64,000 nt of DNA from Verrucomicrobia bacterium UBA6176 (GCA_002422905.1 DITU01000173.1:400-64399); one strand, 5' to 3'. Shown: positions 8,711 to 18,536, counted from the first letter of the stretch. A program made the numbers and translations. Notes: a model not told the origin generated them from the sequence alone.

Positions 8711-10414
8711 ATGGCTGAAGTAGCATCCGATCCCCTGTTGGCGCTGATCCGCGACCGCGGCCTGCTGGACGATCTCCAGTTGGAAGAAGTGATCCAGGAG
8801 GTGGCGCGCGGTGGGAAATCCGTGTTGCAGGTGGTGCAGGACTACGGGTTGTTGGATCTGGATTCCGCCTTGCAGATCATCGCGGATCATCTGGGGACGA
8901 TGGTGGTGTCACTGGATGAGGGGCAGATGACACCGGAGGTGATTGCGACGGTGCCGGCGGAGAGTGCGAGGATGTATCAATGCGTCCCGGTGGCGTTGTA
9001 TGGGGACACGGTGCAGTTGGCTTTGGCGGATCCCTTGAACCCGGCGGTGGTGGATGAGTTGGGGTTCACGGTCAAGTTCCAGATCCAGTTGGTGGTGGCC
9101 AGTCCGGACGAGGTGATCAAGGCGCTGGAGAAGTTTTATCCGGCGCAGGCGGCGGGTGGTTATGCGGACCTGATCGCGCAGCTGGGGGGTGACTCGGATA
9201 TTGCGCACGAGGTCGAGGAGGTGAAGGCGGGACTCCTCAAGATCGACGAGTTGGTCAACGACGCCCCGATCGTCAAGTTCGTGAACCTGGTCCTGATGCA
9301 GGCGGTTCAGGACCGGGCGTCGGACATCCATTTCGAGCCGTTTGAAGACGAGTTCAAGATCCGGTATCGCGTGGACGGGGCCTTGTACGAAATGACGCCG
9401 CCGCCCAAGCACCTGGCGATGCCGGTGACGTCGCGTCTGAAGGTGATGGCGAACCTGAACATCTCCGAACGGCGCCTGCCCCAGGACGGCCGCATCTCGG
9501 TGAACATCGCGGGCAAGCAGATCGACCTGCGTGTATCGACGTTGCCGACGGCGTTTGGAGAGTCGGTGGTGTTGCGCGTATTGGATCGGAGTTCGGTGAG
9601 CCTGGATCTGGATGCGCTGGGTTTTCCGCCTGCGGTCAGCGGTTACGTCAACGAGGCGATCAATCAACCGAACGGGATCTTTGTGGTGACGGGCCCGACG
9701 GGTTGCGGCAAGACGACGACGCTTTATTCGGCATTGCGCCGGGTGAACGTGATCGACACCAAGTTGCTGACGGTGGAGGACCCGGTGGAGTTCGACATCG
9801 AGGGCATCATGCAGGTGCAGGTGAACGAGTCGGTGGGGATGACGTTCATGAAGGCGTTGCGGGCCTTCCTCCGGCAGGACCCGGACATCATCATGCTGGG
9901 GGAGGTGCGCGATCTTGAGACGGCGCAGATTGCGATCCAGGCGTCGCTGACGGGCCACCTGGTGTTGTCGACGCTCCACACCAACGATTCATCGGGGGCG
10001 GTGACGCGTCTGGTGGACATGGGGGTGGAACCGTTCCTGATTTCCTCGACGTTGCTGGCGGTATTGGCGCAACGGTTGGTCCGGCGGATCTGTTTGAAGT
10101 GCAAGACGCCGTTCGAGCCGAGCGAAGGGCAGTTGGAGAACATGGGTCTTTCGGCGCATGACCTTGGGGACAAGGTTTTCTATTACGGTCGCGGTTGCCC
10201 GGCGTGCAATGACAACGGGTACAAGGGGCGGAAGGGCATTTATGAATTGCTCGTGATCAACGATGCCATCCGCAATCTAATCAATGAACGCGCCCCCACG
10301 GTGGTCATCCGGCAAAAGGCGGTTGAGTTGGGGATGATCACCCTCCGGGAGGATGGATTGAGATCCATCTACCATGGGGAGACGACGGTTGAGGAAGTGT
10401 TGAAGTACACGTGA
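8711..10414 (+). CDS. GspE/PilB-family assembly ATPase (copy 2)
   Basis: ATG at 8711 ([19 protein letters not shown]...). T2SSE_N domain, [14 protein letters not shown]...CPAC. The track ORF start at 8471 lies inside pilT. Confidence 0.85.
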   Translation: MAEVASDPLLALIRDRGLLDDLQLEEVIQEVARGGKSVLQVVQDYGLLDLDSALQIIADHLGTMVVSLDEGQMTPEVIATVPAESARMYQCVPVALYGDTVQLALADPLNPAVVDELGFTVKFQIQLVVASPDEVIKALEKFYPAQAAGGYADLIAQLGGDSDIAHEVEEVKAGLLKIDELVNDAPIVKFVNLVLMQAVQDRASDIHFEPFEDEFKIRYRVDGALYEMTPPPKHLAMPVTSRLKVMANLNISERRLPQDGRISVNIAGKQIDLRVSTLPTAFGESVVLRVLDRSSVSLDLDALGFPPAVSGYVNEAINQPNGIFVVTGPTGCGKTTTLYSALRRVNVIDTKLLTVEDPVEFDIEGIMQVQVNESVGMTFMKALRAFLRQDPDIIMLGEVRDLETAQIAIQASLTGHLVLSTLHTNDSSGAVTRLVDMGVEPFLISSTLLAVLAQRLVRRICLKCKTPFEPSEGQLENMGLSAHDLGDKVFYYGRGCPACNDNGYKGRKGIYELLVINDAIRNLINERAPTVVIRQKAVELGMITLREDGLRSIYHGETTVEEVLKYT

Positions 10415-10457
10415 GCGACGGATTGCACGGAAAGTTTTGACGGAATTGGAGGTTGCT

Positions 10458-11777
10458 ATGCCCAAGTTCAAATACGAGGCGATGGATTCCCGCGGCAAGG
10501 AGACCAAGGGTGTCCTTGAGGTGGCCAGTCAGGCTGAGGCCATCAACCGTTTGAAGGAGATGGGATTCCTTCCCACCAAGGTGATGGAGGCGGAGAAGCC
10601 GAAGGCGGCTCGCAAGGACGGGGGTGGAGCCAAGGGCAAGGGACGTGGGGGCAAGGTCAACCTCAACTTCAGCATTGGAAGCGGGGTCAAGCCCAAGGTC
10701 CTGACCACCTTCACCCGTCAGTTGGCGACGCTGGTGGAAGCCGGTCTGCCCCTGTTGCGCGGACTCCGTGTGCTCAGCAAGCAGGAGCGCAACCCCACCC
10801 TCAAGCGCATCCTGGGCGAGTTGGCCCTGTCGATCGAGGGCGGGTCCACCTTCTCCGAAGGTCTTGCCCAGCATCCCAAGGTCTTCAACCGCCTGTTCGT
10901 CAACATGGTCAAGGCGGGCGAGATTGGCGGCGTACTGGAAGTCGTCCTCAAGCGTCTCGCCGAGTTCATGGAGAAGGCCGAGAAGATCAAGGGCAAGGTC
11001 ATCGCCGCCATGTTCTATCCGACGGCCGTCATGACCGTCGCTATCGCCATCCTGGCACTGCTGATGATCGTCGTGGTGCCCAAGTTCAAGACGATCTTCG
11101 CCGACCTGTTGGGTGATGCTGGCATGCCGGCCTTCACCGAAGTCGTCCTCAAGATTTCCGACACGTTGAAGGACCAGACGATCATCTTCCCGGAATGGGC
11201 TGGGGGTTTTCCCCTGCCCGGCCCGGTGGTCTGGGGCATCGTGATCTTCGTGATCCTCTTCAAGATCATGTTGAGGACCAAGAAGGGGCAGTTGGTTTGG
11301 GATCGGGTGAAGTTGAAACTCCCCGTCATTGGCAGCGTGATCTCGAAGGTCGCCATCGCCCGCTTCACGCGGACCCTCGGCACCTTGGTGCAATCCGGTG
11401 TGCCCATCCTCCAGGCGCTGACCATCGTCAAGGAGACCGCCGGCAATCTGGTGGTCGCCAACGCGGTGGGCGCCGTCTACGAGAGCGTCAAGGAAGGCGA
11501 AACCATCACCGCGCCCCTCGAGAAATCCGCCGTCTTCCCGCCCATGGTGATTTCGATGGTCGACGTCGGAGAACAGACCGGTGCGCTGCCGGAGATGTTG
11601 TTGAAGATTGCCGACAACTACGACGAGGAGGTCGACAATGCCGTGACCGCCATGACGTCGTTGCTCGAGCCGATCATGATCGTCTTCCTGGCCGTGATCG
11701 TCGGGTCCATCGTCATCGCCCTGTTCCTCCCGCTGATCACCCTGATCGACAAGTTGGGAGCCGACGACGGCGGTTGA
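10458..11777 (+). CDS. pilC: Type IV pilus/T2SS platform protein PilC/GspF
   Basis: MPKFKYEAMDSRGKETKGVLEVASQAEAINRLKEMGFLP is a canonical PilC N-terminus. Two T2SSF repeats. GGAGG lies 6 nt upstream. Confidence 0.85.
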   Translation: MPKFKYEAMDSRGKETKGVLEVASQAEAINRLKEMGFLPTKVMEAEKPKAARKDGGGAKGKGRGGKVNLNFSIGSGVKPKVLTTFTRQLATLVEAGLPLLRGLRVLSKQERNPTLKRILGELALSIEGGSTFSEGLAQHPKVFNRLFVNMVKAGEIGGVLEVVLKRLAEFMEKAEKIKGKVIAAMFYPTAVMTVAIAILALLMIVVVPKFKTIFADLLGDAGMPAFTEVVLKISDTLKDQTIIFPEWAGGFPLPGPVVWGIVIFVILFKIMLRTKKGQLVWDRVKLKLPVIGSVISKVAIARFTRTLGTLVQSGVPILQALTIVKETAGNLVVANAVGAVYESVKEGETITAPLEKSAVFPPMVISMVDVGEQTGALPEMLLKIADNYDEEVDNAVTAMTSLLEPIMIVFLAVIVGSIVIALFLPLITLIDKLGADDGG

Positions 11778-11799
11778 GCCAGCCGTGTGGATTCTTGCG

Positions 11800-11826
11800 G
11801 GGACGGAGCGGAGTCCGCTTCGTCCC
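11800..11826 (+). terminator. GC-rich hairpin after pilC (possible terminator/attenuator, no U-tract)
   Basis: 12-bp stem GGGACGGAGCGG/CCGCTTCGTCCC with one G-U pair and a 3-nt loop. Confidence 0.3.
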
Positions 11827-11887
11827 GGTCCGGGCCTGATCTGGAAAGACGCTTTCCAATCGGGCCCGTTTTGGTATCGGTAAGGGC

Positions 11888-12865
11888 ATGTTCGTCCGCG
11901 CGATGTTCCTCGGCCTCCTTCTGACCTTGGTCACCCCGGCAGGGAGCGTCGCCCAGGTCATCCCGGGTGACATCCTCAACCCGCCTCCTTTCCCCGCGGC
12001 GAGGAGAGCCAGTCCAGTCCGGACCAATATCGTGATCAACCGTCCGGCGCGGGTGGTGACCAATGTGGCTCCCTACAGCCTGCCGGGCAGGCCGGGAGTG
12101 GTGACCGGGTCACCTGCGGCCCCGGTTGCGGCGGCGAAGCCCAATCCCCTTGAGTTCGATGCCAAGGAGAAGACGGTGGAAGTGAAGGTGGGAGAGAGCG
12201 AGGCGCAGTTCCGGTTCGCGGTGACCAACATTTCGAAGGAAGAAGTGACGGTGTTGATGGTCCACACCTCCTGTGGCTGCACGGCGGCGAAGTTGCCGGC
12301 ATCGCCTTGGGTGTTGAAACCGGGTGAAGGCGGGGAAGTGGCGGCCACCATGAACCTGGCTGGGAAGTTCGGCACGGTGACCAAGACGGTCACGGTGGTT
12401 TCCACGGCCGGTTCGACACCGCTGATCGTCAAGGCGGTGTTGCCCAAGGATGCCTATGAGCAGATGCAGCGGATGGGGGAACGTTCCCGCAACATGCAGG
12501 TGGCTGCGGCGGATCGTCAGGCGGTGTTCCGTGGGGACTGTGCGCGATGCCATGTCGAGACCTCCATCGGCAAGACCGGCAAGGATCTCTTCACATCGGC
12601 GTGTGCGATCTGCCACGAGTCCGAGCACCGCGCCACCATGGTTCCCGGATTGCGCGGTCGCCCTGGAACCTTCCAACGGGAGTATTGGACCCAATGGATC
12701 CGGCAGGGCAAGGAAGGGTCCCTGATGCCGGCGTTTGATCATCGCAAGGGCGGTCCACTCACGGACGAGCAGGTGGAATCCCTGGCGGACTATCTGGCGG
12801 GGGAATTCGCCAAGGAAAAGCCCGAGATCCTGCCGGCCGCCGCGGTTCCGGGTGGGGGACGTTGA
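11888..12865 (+). CDS. Secreted DUF1573 domain / c-type cytochrome fusion (two CXXCH), copy 1
   Basis: Signal peptide. HTSCGCT motif of DUF1573. CARCH and CAICH motifs followed by a cytochrome c-like tail (MPAF...LTDEQVESLADYL). Confidence 0.7.
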   Translation: MFVRAMFLGLLLTLVTPAGSVAQVIPGDILNPPPFPAARRASPVRTNIVINRPARVVTNVAPYSLPGRPGVVTGSPAAPVAAAKPNPLEFDAKEKTVEVKVGESEAQFRFAVTNISKEEVTVLMVHTSCGCTAAKLPASPWVLKPGEGGEVAATMNLAGKFGTVTKTVTVVSTAGSTPLIVKAVLPKDAYEQMQRMGERSRNMQVAAADRQAVFRGDCARCHVETSIGKTGKDLFTSACAICHESEHRATMVPGLRGRPGTFQREYWTQWIRQGKEGSLMPAFDHRKGGPLTDEQVESLADYLAGEFAKEKPEILPAAAVPGGGR

Positions 12866-12871
12866 ATCAAG

Positions 12872-14290
12872 TCAGGCGGGATCCGGCGTCCGTTTCCGTT
12901 CCTGTGCCTCATAGATTCCGTTTTTGCCGACGAAGAACGGGGCAATGAAGCACGCAATGGCTGCGTAAGGCAGGATGGTCCATCCGAACAGTTCGACCGC
13001 CAGAACCCCGCAGGCGAGGCGGGCGTGACTGGCTCCTGAAAAGACGGCGGCAATTCCCACCGCGGCAAGGAGTGGGGACGGGACCCCCAACCAGGTTGCC
13101 ATCACATGGCCGGCGCAGGCGCCGATGAAGAACAGTGGGGTGACTTCACCTCCCTTGAACCCGGATCCGAGGGTGATGACCGTGAAAACGATTTTCCAAA
13201 GCCAGTCCAGTGTGCCGATGGGACTGGAACCGGCGTGGGCAATGGCGGTGGTGATGGAAGGGTTGCCGGGATCGACGGGGTAGACGCCGAGCCCGAGGTA
13301 GGCGCGTGTACCCAGGATCTGGGTCAGGGCGATGACGAGGAGGCCGCCGATGCAGGGACGCAGCCAGGCAAAGGGAATGCAGGCGAATCCGTGGGCGGCG
13401 GTCCGACCGGCGAGGATGAACAGGCGCGCGACGAGGCCGGATCCGATGCCGGCCACGGCGCTGGCCAGCAACCAGGAGAGTGGGAAGGGACCCAGGGCGG
13501 GCGTGGGGGGATCGGGTAGGGCGAGGGTGAAGACGGTGTGATGGCCGCCGGTGAGAAAACAGACGCCGTGTGCGAGCCATGCGGCGGCGAGGCAGATGGG
13601 CAATTGGCGCCAGTCGGGTTTCCAGGGGCGGGCGCATTCGATGGCAAAGAGTGCGGCGGCGCAGGGAGTGCCAAATACGGCGCCGAATCCTGCAGCCATG
13701 CCGGCCAGCAGGATGATCCGGCCCTGATGTGGACTGAGTCGGAGCAAGTGGGTGATGCCGGCGGCGATGCCTCCCCCCAGTTGGATTGCGGTACCTTCGC
13801 GTCCGGCGGAACCGCCGGCCACATGGGTGAGCAGGGTTGTGCCCAGGATCCACGGGGCGAGTCGGAACGGTACGCGGACTGATCCGTCCCGTGCGGCTTC
13901 GATGAGCAGATTGGTTCCGCGTGCGGCGGGTCCGGCGTAACGGGTGGTGATCCAGACGATGCCGATGCCCGCGATGGGGAGGAATCCGAGGAGCCAGGGA
14001 TGGTCCGCATGCAGTCGGGTGACCCAGGCCAGTGACTGGATGAAGGTGGCGCCGGCGAAGCCGGAGGCGACCGATACCGCGACGAGGGCGACAGCGACCC
14101 GGGTGGGGTGGTCCCGGATTGGAGCGGACAAAGTGGAGGGTGATGGATCGTGATCTGGCACTTTGATCGGGAGCGGAGGATGCGGGAGGTGTGGTGGGTG
14201 AGGAAGTCCCGGGTGAAGTGCCGGTAAAACTACGTTGGGTTCCGGGTTGCTGCTTGTCGGGAGGGTCGTTGGAGCGTATCGGCGGCGCAT
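12872..14290 (-). CDS. CLC-family anion transporter with CLC-F (fluoride/proton antiporter)-like motifs
   Basis: GREGT (GGSAGREGTAIQLGG) and GGEVTP motifs, 10 or more TM segments. The start is uncertain: GTG 14161 is more plausible than 14290, which would overlap the divergent amidase start. Confidence 0.75.
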   Translation of the reverse strand: MRRRYAPTTLPTSSNPEPNVVLPALHPGLPHPPHLPHPPLPIKVPDHDPSPSTLSAPIRDHPTRVAVALVAVSVASGFAGATFIQSLAWVTRLHADHPWLLGFLPIAGIGIVWITTRYAGPAARGTNLLIEAARDGSVRVPFRLAPWILGTTLLTHVAGGSAGREGTAIQLGGGIAAGITHLLRLSPHQGRIILLAGMAAGFGAVFGTPCAAALFAIECARPWKPDWRQLPICLAAAWLAHGVCFLTGGHHTVFTLALPDPPTPALGPFPLSWLLASAVAGIGSGLVARLFILAGRTAAHGFACIPFAWLRPCIGGLLVIALTQILGTRAYLGLGVYPVDPGNPSITTAIAHAGSSPIGTLDWLWKIVFTVITLGSGFKGGEVTPLFFIGACAGHVMATWLGVPSPLLAAVGIAAVFSGASHARLACGVLAVELFGWTILPYAAIACFIAPFFVGKNGIYEAQERKRTPDPA

Positions 14291-15518
14291 GTCGTGGCGG
14301 GTTGTTTCTGGATGGATGGGAATGCTTTTGCTGGTGGGGGCCGGTTGCCAGTCGGTGCCCGATGGTTACGAGCCATTGCCGCCCAGTGGAGTGCCGGCGA
14401 ATGAACCGATCCGGTCGGTGGAAAAGTCGGGTCGACCCTCAGAAACGGGACTGATTCCAGTGCCGCAACCGCCCGTTGTATCCCTGCCTGCCGTGCCGGT
14501 GCCGGAGCAGCAGGTACCGCCGCCGGTGAATCCTGGGACGGAGGAGTTGGCGACGTCACCCGGACTGTTGGAATTCCCGGTCGAGGCACCGTCGGTAATG
14601 CCGGCGCAGGTGCCGGAGACCGCTCCGGCGGCGGCGGGCCCGGGTGACTGGGTGGATCTTGAGAGTGCGCTGAGGGAGCGGGGTTGGTCCGGACTGACGC
14701 CTGCGCCGAGGGGAAAGGAATTGCGGCACGAATCCACCGGTCCGGGTGGGATGTTGGCGGTGGTGGTGGGGCAGAAGAAGATGTGGTGGAACGGAACCCA
14801 GGTGTGGCTCGGGTTCGAGCCGCGGTTCGACCGGGGTCGGGTCCGGGTCAATCGACTGGACCTGGAATCGCATCTGCAACCGCTGGTTTCGGGTGGTGCT
14901 ATGCCGTCGGTAACAGCACGGACGGTGGTGATTGATGCCGGGCATGGGGGCCGCAATCCGGGCAGTCGGAGCATTGCGGGGAACCGGTTCGAGAAGGAGT
15001 TGACCCTGGACTGGGCGCTGCGGCTTCAAAGGGTGCTGGAGGCCCGCGGTTGGAAGGTCTGGATGACCCGGACGAATGACGTCGACCTGACCTTGGCCGA
15101 ACGGGTGGACCTGGCGGAGAGCGCCGGGGCGTCGATCTTCATCAGCCTGCATTTCAATTCCACCTTTCCGAGCCGGGATCCGGCCGGATTGGAGACCTAT
15201 ACCGTCACCCCGCGCGGCATGGCGTCGCATGTGGTCCGGGATTACCCGGATGACCCGAGGAAGAGCTATCCGGCGAATGCGCATGACGCTGCGAGCCTTC
15301 GTCTGGCGGTGGCGGTTCAACGCTCGGTATTGGCGGAGACCGGGCAGGTGGATCGGGGGGTGCGCCGGGCGCGGTTCATGGATGTGCTGCGGTGGCAGAA
15401 CCGACCGTCGATCCTGGTGGAAGGGGGTTACCTGTCGAACCCGCAGGAGGCTGCCCGGATCCAGACGCCGGAGTTCCGGCAGAAGTTGGCGGAGGCGGTG
15501 GCGGCGGGGCTGCCCTGA
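14289..15518 (+). CDS. N-acetylmuramoyl-L-alanine amidase (Amidase_3), lipoprotein
   Basis: Lipobox LLLVGAGC. Catalytic domain VVIDAGHGGRNPGS...FISLHFNS...VEGGYLSNPQE. Confidence 0.8.
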   Translation: MSWRVVSGWMGMLLLVGAGCQSVPDGYEPLPPSGVPANEPIRSVEKSGRPSETGLIPVPQPPVVSLPAVPVPEQQVPPPVNPGTEELATSPGLLEFPVEAPSVMPAQVPETAPAAAGPGDWVDLESALRERGWSGLTPAPRGKELRHESTGPGGMLAVVVGQKKMWWNGTQVWLGFEPRFDRGRVRVNRLDLESHLQPLVSGGAMPSVTARTVVIDAGHGGRNPGSRSIAGNRFEKELTLDWALRLQRVLEARGWKVWMTRTNDVDLTLAERVDLAESAGASIFISLHFNSTFPSRDPAGLETYTVTPRGMASHVVRDYPDDPRKSYPANAHDAASLRLAVAVQRSVLAETGQVDRGVRRARFMDVLRWQNRPSILVEGGYLSNPQEAARIQTPEFRQKLAEAVAAGLP

Positions 15519-15555
15519 AAGAAAAAAGCCGGTGCACCCCGTGGGGAGCACCGGC
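15519..15555 (-). terminator. Intrinsic terminator after the LamG gene (may also stop the convergent amidase transcript)
   Basis: Minus strand reads GCCGGTGC-TCCCC-ac-GGGGT-GCACCGGC followed by TTTTTTCTT, 17 nt after the stop codon. Confidence 0.8.
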
Positions 15556-15572
15556 CGTTGAAGTGGACGTGC

Positions 15573-18314
15573 CTAGCGCAGCCGATAGAACTGGCCGTCC
15601 TGGGTCGGATTCACCGAGAGCGGCGAAACTGCGCCCGGGACATCGGTATAGGTGCCGGTGAGGGCATTCGCCTGTTGCAGGGTTCCACCGGTCCAGGTGA
15701 TCGAGACGGAGTCGCCGGAGCGGGCGATGGCGAGGGTTGAGGGAGTGACGGTGGCGCCGGACACGGCGGTGGTGTACTGGGCCTGGATCCGGTCGGCGGA
15801 CAAGGCCTTGGTGTAGATGGCGACCTCATCGATCGCGCCGTTGAACAGGCCTTCCCAACCATTGCCGGCGGAGCCGATGGCCCAATCGCCCTGGGCATTG
15901 GCGAGGGCGGAAGCGGATCCGGGAGCGGCGGCGACCTCGGTGCCGTTGCGGTACAGGCGCCACTGGGTGCCATCGAAGGTGCCGACGAGTTGAACCCATT
16001 GATCGTCGGTCAGGTCGCCTGCCGGGATGTTGAATCGGGCGCCCTGATCGTTGACCGGGGAACCGGCGACCTTCTCGACGGAGCCGACGACGTACTGGGC
16101 TACGCCCTCGACCTGTTCGATGCGGAGGGAGATCTCGGTGGTATTGGTGACGGTGGCGAAGATCTCCAGACCTTCTTCCACGATCCGTCCGAGGAAGGAG
16201 CTGATGGTCAGGGGACCACGGGAGATGATGCGGGCCGGACCGATATCGAGATCCTGGGCGTCGGGCTGGACCCATGCGCTGAGGGTGACGCGATCGCTGA
16301 GGGCGAGGGAGGCCGGATTGTTGAGGGCAGCCCAGGATTTCTCCGCGGGAATGAGGGCCAGGGCGTTGTTGTTGGTCTCGAAGCCAGCGAAGGCCGGGGG
16401 GCGGGGACCGCTGGCGGAGGTGTGGGCAAGAACGGCGTGGGCCGGGGCCGCGGCGCCGGCCGGGGCGGAATTGGCGAGGGGAAGTCGGCCGGCATCGGCG
16501 AACCGCAGATAGGTGGCCGGGCCCTGACGTTCGGGTCCGGTGAAGGAAGAGGTCATCACCAGGGTTTCGTAGGCGGTGGCCGGGTGGGCATTGGTGCCGG
16601 CTTCGTAGTGGGCGAGGACCTGTTCCGGGGTGAGGAGGTGATTGTTGTAGATGGCGACCTCATCGATATCGCCCTCGAACGGATTGTCGCCGAGGCCGGA
16701 TTTGGCGTTGTAGGCGCCGATGCCGAGGTCGGCGGGTTCGCTGAAGTCTTCGGGGACTTCGAGATTGGCGGCGTAGAGGGCGGCGGGGTTCACGTTGACG
16801 GGTTGACCGTTGAAGTAGGCGGTGAGGATACCCTGCCACTGGTTGTTGCCATTCTCGCCGGGGTCACCGTTGTCGATCTCGGGTTGCCAGGTGAAGGCGA
16901 GGTGTTGCCATTCGCCGATGGTGTAGTCGGTGTCGGTGAGGACGTCGGAGCCGGATCCGCCGGCACCGCGGAACATGCGGAAGACCCAGCCATGACCCTC
17001 GGAGGCGGGGTAGGAGAGGTTGGGATTGCGTTGGAACATGACCCAGCCGGTGCGGCCGGAACCGCCGACCCATCGATTGTTGACCGGGGATTGGCCGCCC
17101 TGCTGATCGCGCATGGGTTTCACCCACATCTCGAAGGAGAAGGGTTCGCTGGCCGGGGGATTGTTGCGGGTGCTGAAGGGCAGGGTGGTGACGGATCGGC
17201 CATTGCGATTGTGATAGGCGACGGATCCGTTGGCGGGTTGGGAGGGCAAGGCGCCGGGGGCGGGATTGCGGACTTCGGCGGTGTGGGTGCCGTGACCGGC
17301 GGCGCGGGTTTCGCCGAAGTTCGCCGCCATTTCATCACCGGGCGAAGCTTCGTCGAGAGGCAGGTAAAGCGTCGGGTTGTGGGACTTCACCAGGTCCGAG
17401 TAGGAGATTGTCCGGGAGACATTGGTGGCATTCTGGTAATGCGACAGGATCTGGGCCGGAGTCAGCATGGCCTGGTAGAGAGCCACCTCATCGATGCCAC
17501 CGAAGTAGGGGTTGAGGGAGGTGAGGGCGGTGTTGTTGTAATTGCCGACGGCGAAACCGGCGGGGCCGGCGACGGCGACGGCGGGGTCGTGGTCGTTGGT
17601 GTTGGCGACGTAGCCCGGGGTCAAGCCGTCGGCACCGCCGTTCCAGGTGGTCTTGGCGGCCTCGACGCCGTCGATGTACATGGTGACGGAAGCATCGACG
17701 ACATTGGCGGGGTCATAGACGACGACCACATGGGTCCACTTGGCGATCTGGTAGGGGACGCGGCTGGTGACATCGAGACCGGAGCTGCCACCGCTCCCTC
17801 GGAACATGCGGAAGTTCCAGCCGACGGGTTCATTGCCGAAGTAGTCTTCGCTGGGTTTGCGTTGGAAGAACACCCAGCCCTGCCGGTCCACGCCGGAGTA
17901 GGCGTAGCGGTTGCCGATGGGGCACTGGCCGTTGGCGGTCTGGTCGCTGAGCGGATAAAACCAGGCCTCGATGGTGAACGGCTTGTCGTTGGCCGGATTC
18001 AGCGCTGCATTCCAGGGAATCTCGGTCCGTGAGGTGAAGTCGAAGAACGCGGCGCGACCCGTGTCACCAACAATGGCGCCGGGGATGGTATGGACGCGTC
18101 CGAGGTCCTGGATGGCATTGCCGGGGGCACCGAGACTGCCGGCGTTGACGTTGACCGTGGTACGGACCAACTCGTCGCCGAGTCGGAAATAGGCTGCGGG
18201 ACCGTCCGACAGGACGGCATTGGGATAATCAGCAGCCCCCAGGGAGAATGGGAAATGAGGTGCCGCGCACAACGCCATGAAACAGGCGGACGCGAGCATG
18301 GATCTTGTTTTCAT
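15573..18314 (-). CDS. Secreted protein with three LamG/concanavalin-like lectin domains and a C-terminal module ending in FYRL
   Basis: Signal peptide. Three approx. 270-aa units each ending in IDEVA(L/I)Y....L(T/S)..(Q/R)(I/V)...Y. The last approx. 60 aa are ...ITWTGGTLQQANALTGTYTDV...QFYRLR. Confidence 0.7.
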   Translation of the reverse strand: MKTRSMLASACFMALCAAPHFPFSLGAADYPNAVLSDGPAAYFRLGDELVRTTVNVNAGSLGAPGNAIQDLGRVHTIPGAIVGDTGRAAFFDFTSRTEIPWNAALNPANDKPFTIEAWFYPLSDQTANGQCPIGNRYAYSGVDRQGWVFFQRKPSEDYFGNEPVGWNFRMFRGSGGSSGLDVTSRVPYQIAKWTHVVVVYDPANVVDASVTMYIDGVEAAKTTWNGGADGLTPGYVANTNDHDPAVAVAGPAGFAVGNYNNTALTSLNPYFGGIDEVALYQAMLTPAQILSHYQNATNVSRTISYSDLVKSHNPTLYLPLDEASPGDEMAANFGETRAAGHGTHTAEVRNPAPGALPSQPANGSVAYHNRNGRSVTTLPFSTRNNPPASEPFSFEMWVKPMRDQQGGQSPVNNRWVGGSGRTGWVMFQRNPNLSYPASEGHGWVFRMFRGAGGSGSDVLTDTDYTIGEWQHLAFTWQPEIDNGDPGENGNNQWQGILTAYFNGQPVNVNPAALYAANLEVPEDFSEPADLGIGAYNAKSGLGDNPFEGDIDEVAIYNNHLLTPEQVLAHYEAGTNAHPATAYETLVMTSSFTGPERQGPATYLRFADAGRLPLANSAPAGAAAPAHAVLAHTSASGPRPPAFAGFETNNNALALIPAEKSWAALNNPASLALSDRVTLSAWVQPDAQDLDIGPARIISRGPLTISSFLGRIVEEGLEIFATVTNTTEISLRIEQVEGVAQYVVGSVEKVAGSPVNDQGARFNIPAGDLTDDQWVQLVGTFDGTQWRLYRNGTEVAAAPGSASALANAQGDWAIGSAGNGWEGLFNGAIDEVAIYTKALSADRIQAQYTTAVSGATVTPSTLAIARSGDSVSITWTGGTLQQANALTGTYTDVPGAVSPLSVNPTQDGQFYRLR

Positions 18315-18536
18315 TGAGTTACGGTTGTAGTCCGAAGCAAACGTGGAGAAGTTGTGTTAGAGGGTGTGGCAAACCCGTTCAAGCCCAATTCCCCCGGGTG
18401 GGTCACGGTCCGGTCACATCCCAGCTACGGACCACATCCGCCGCCATCATGACGGGGTCTTGAATCCGCCGAATCCGGATCCAGTGAAAAATCTGAACTC
18501 TCGCCTCGCGAACGGGAACTGCGGCAGTTTGCGCGG

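Noticed and set aside
14162-14340. Fluoride (crcB-motif) riboswitch upstream of the CLC-F-like gene
   Set aside because: I read the minus strand and found no GGnGAUGG...AACnGCC...CUGAUGA arrangement. A covariance-model search would be decisive.
15990-18032. 680-aa plus-strand ORF (Gly/Asp/Val/Ala-rich)
   Set aside because: It is antisense to the LamG gene, which has a signal peptide, domain repeats and a terminator. The ORF shows no domain signatures.
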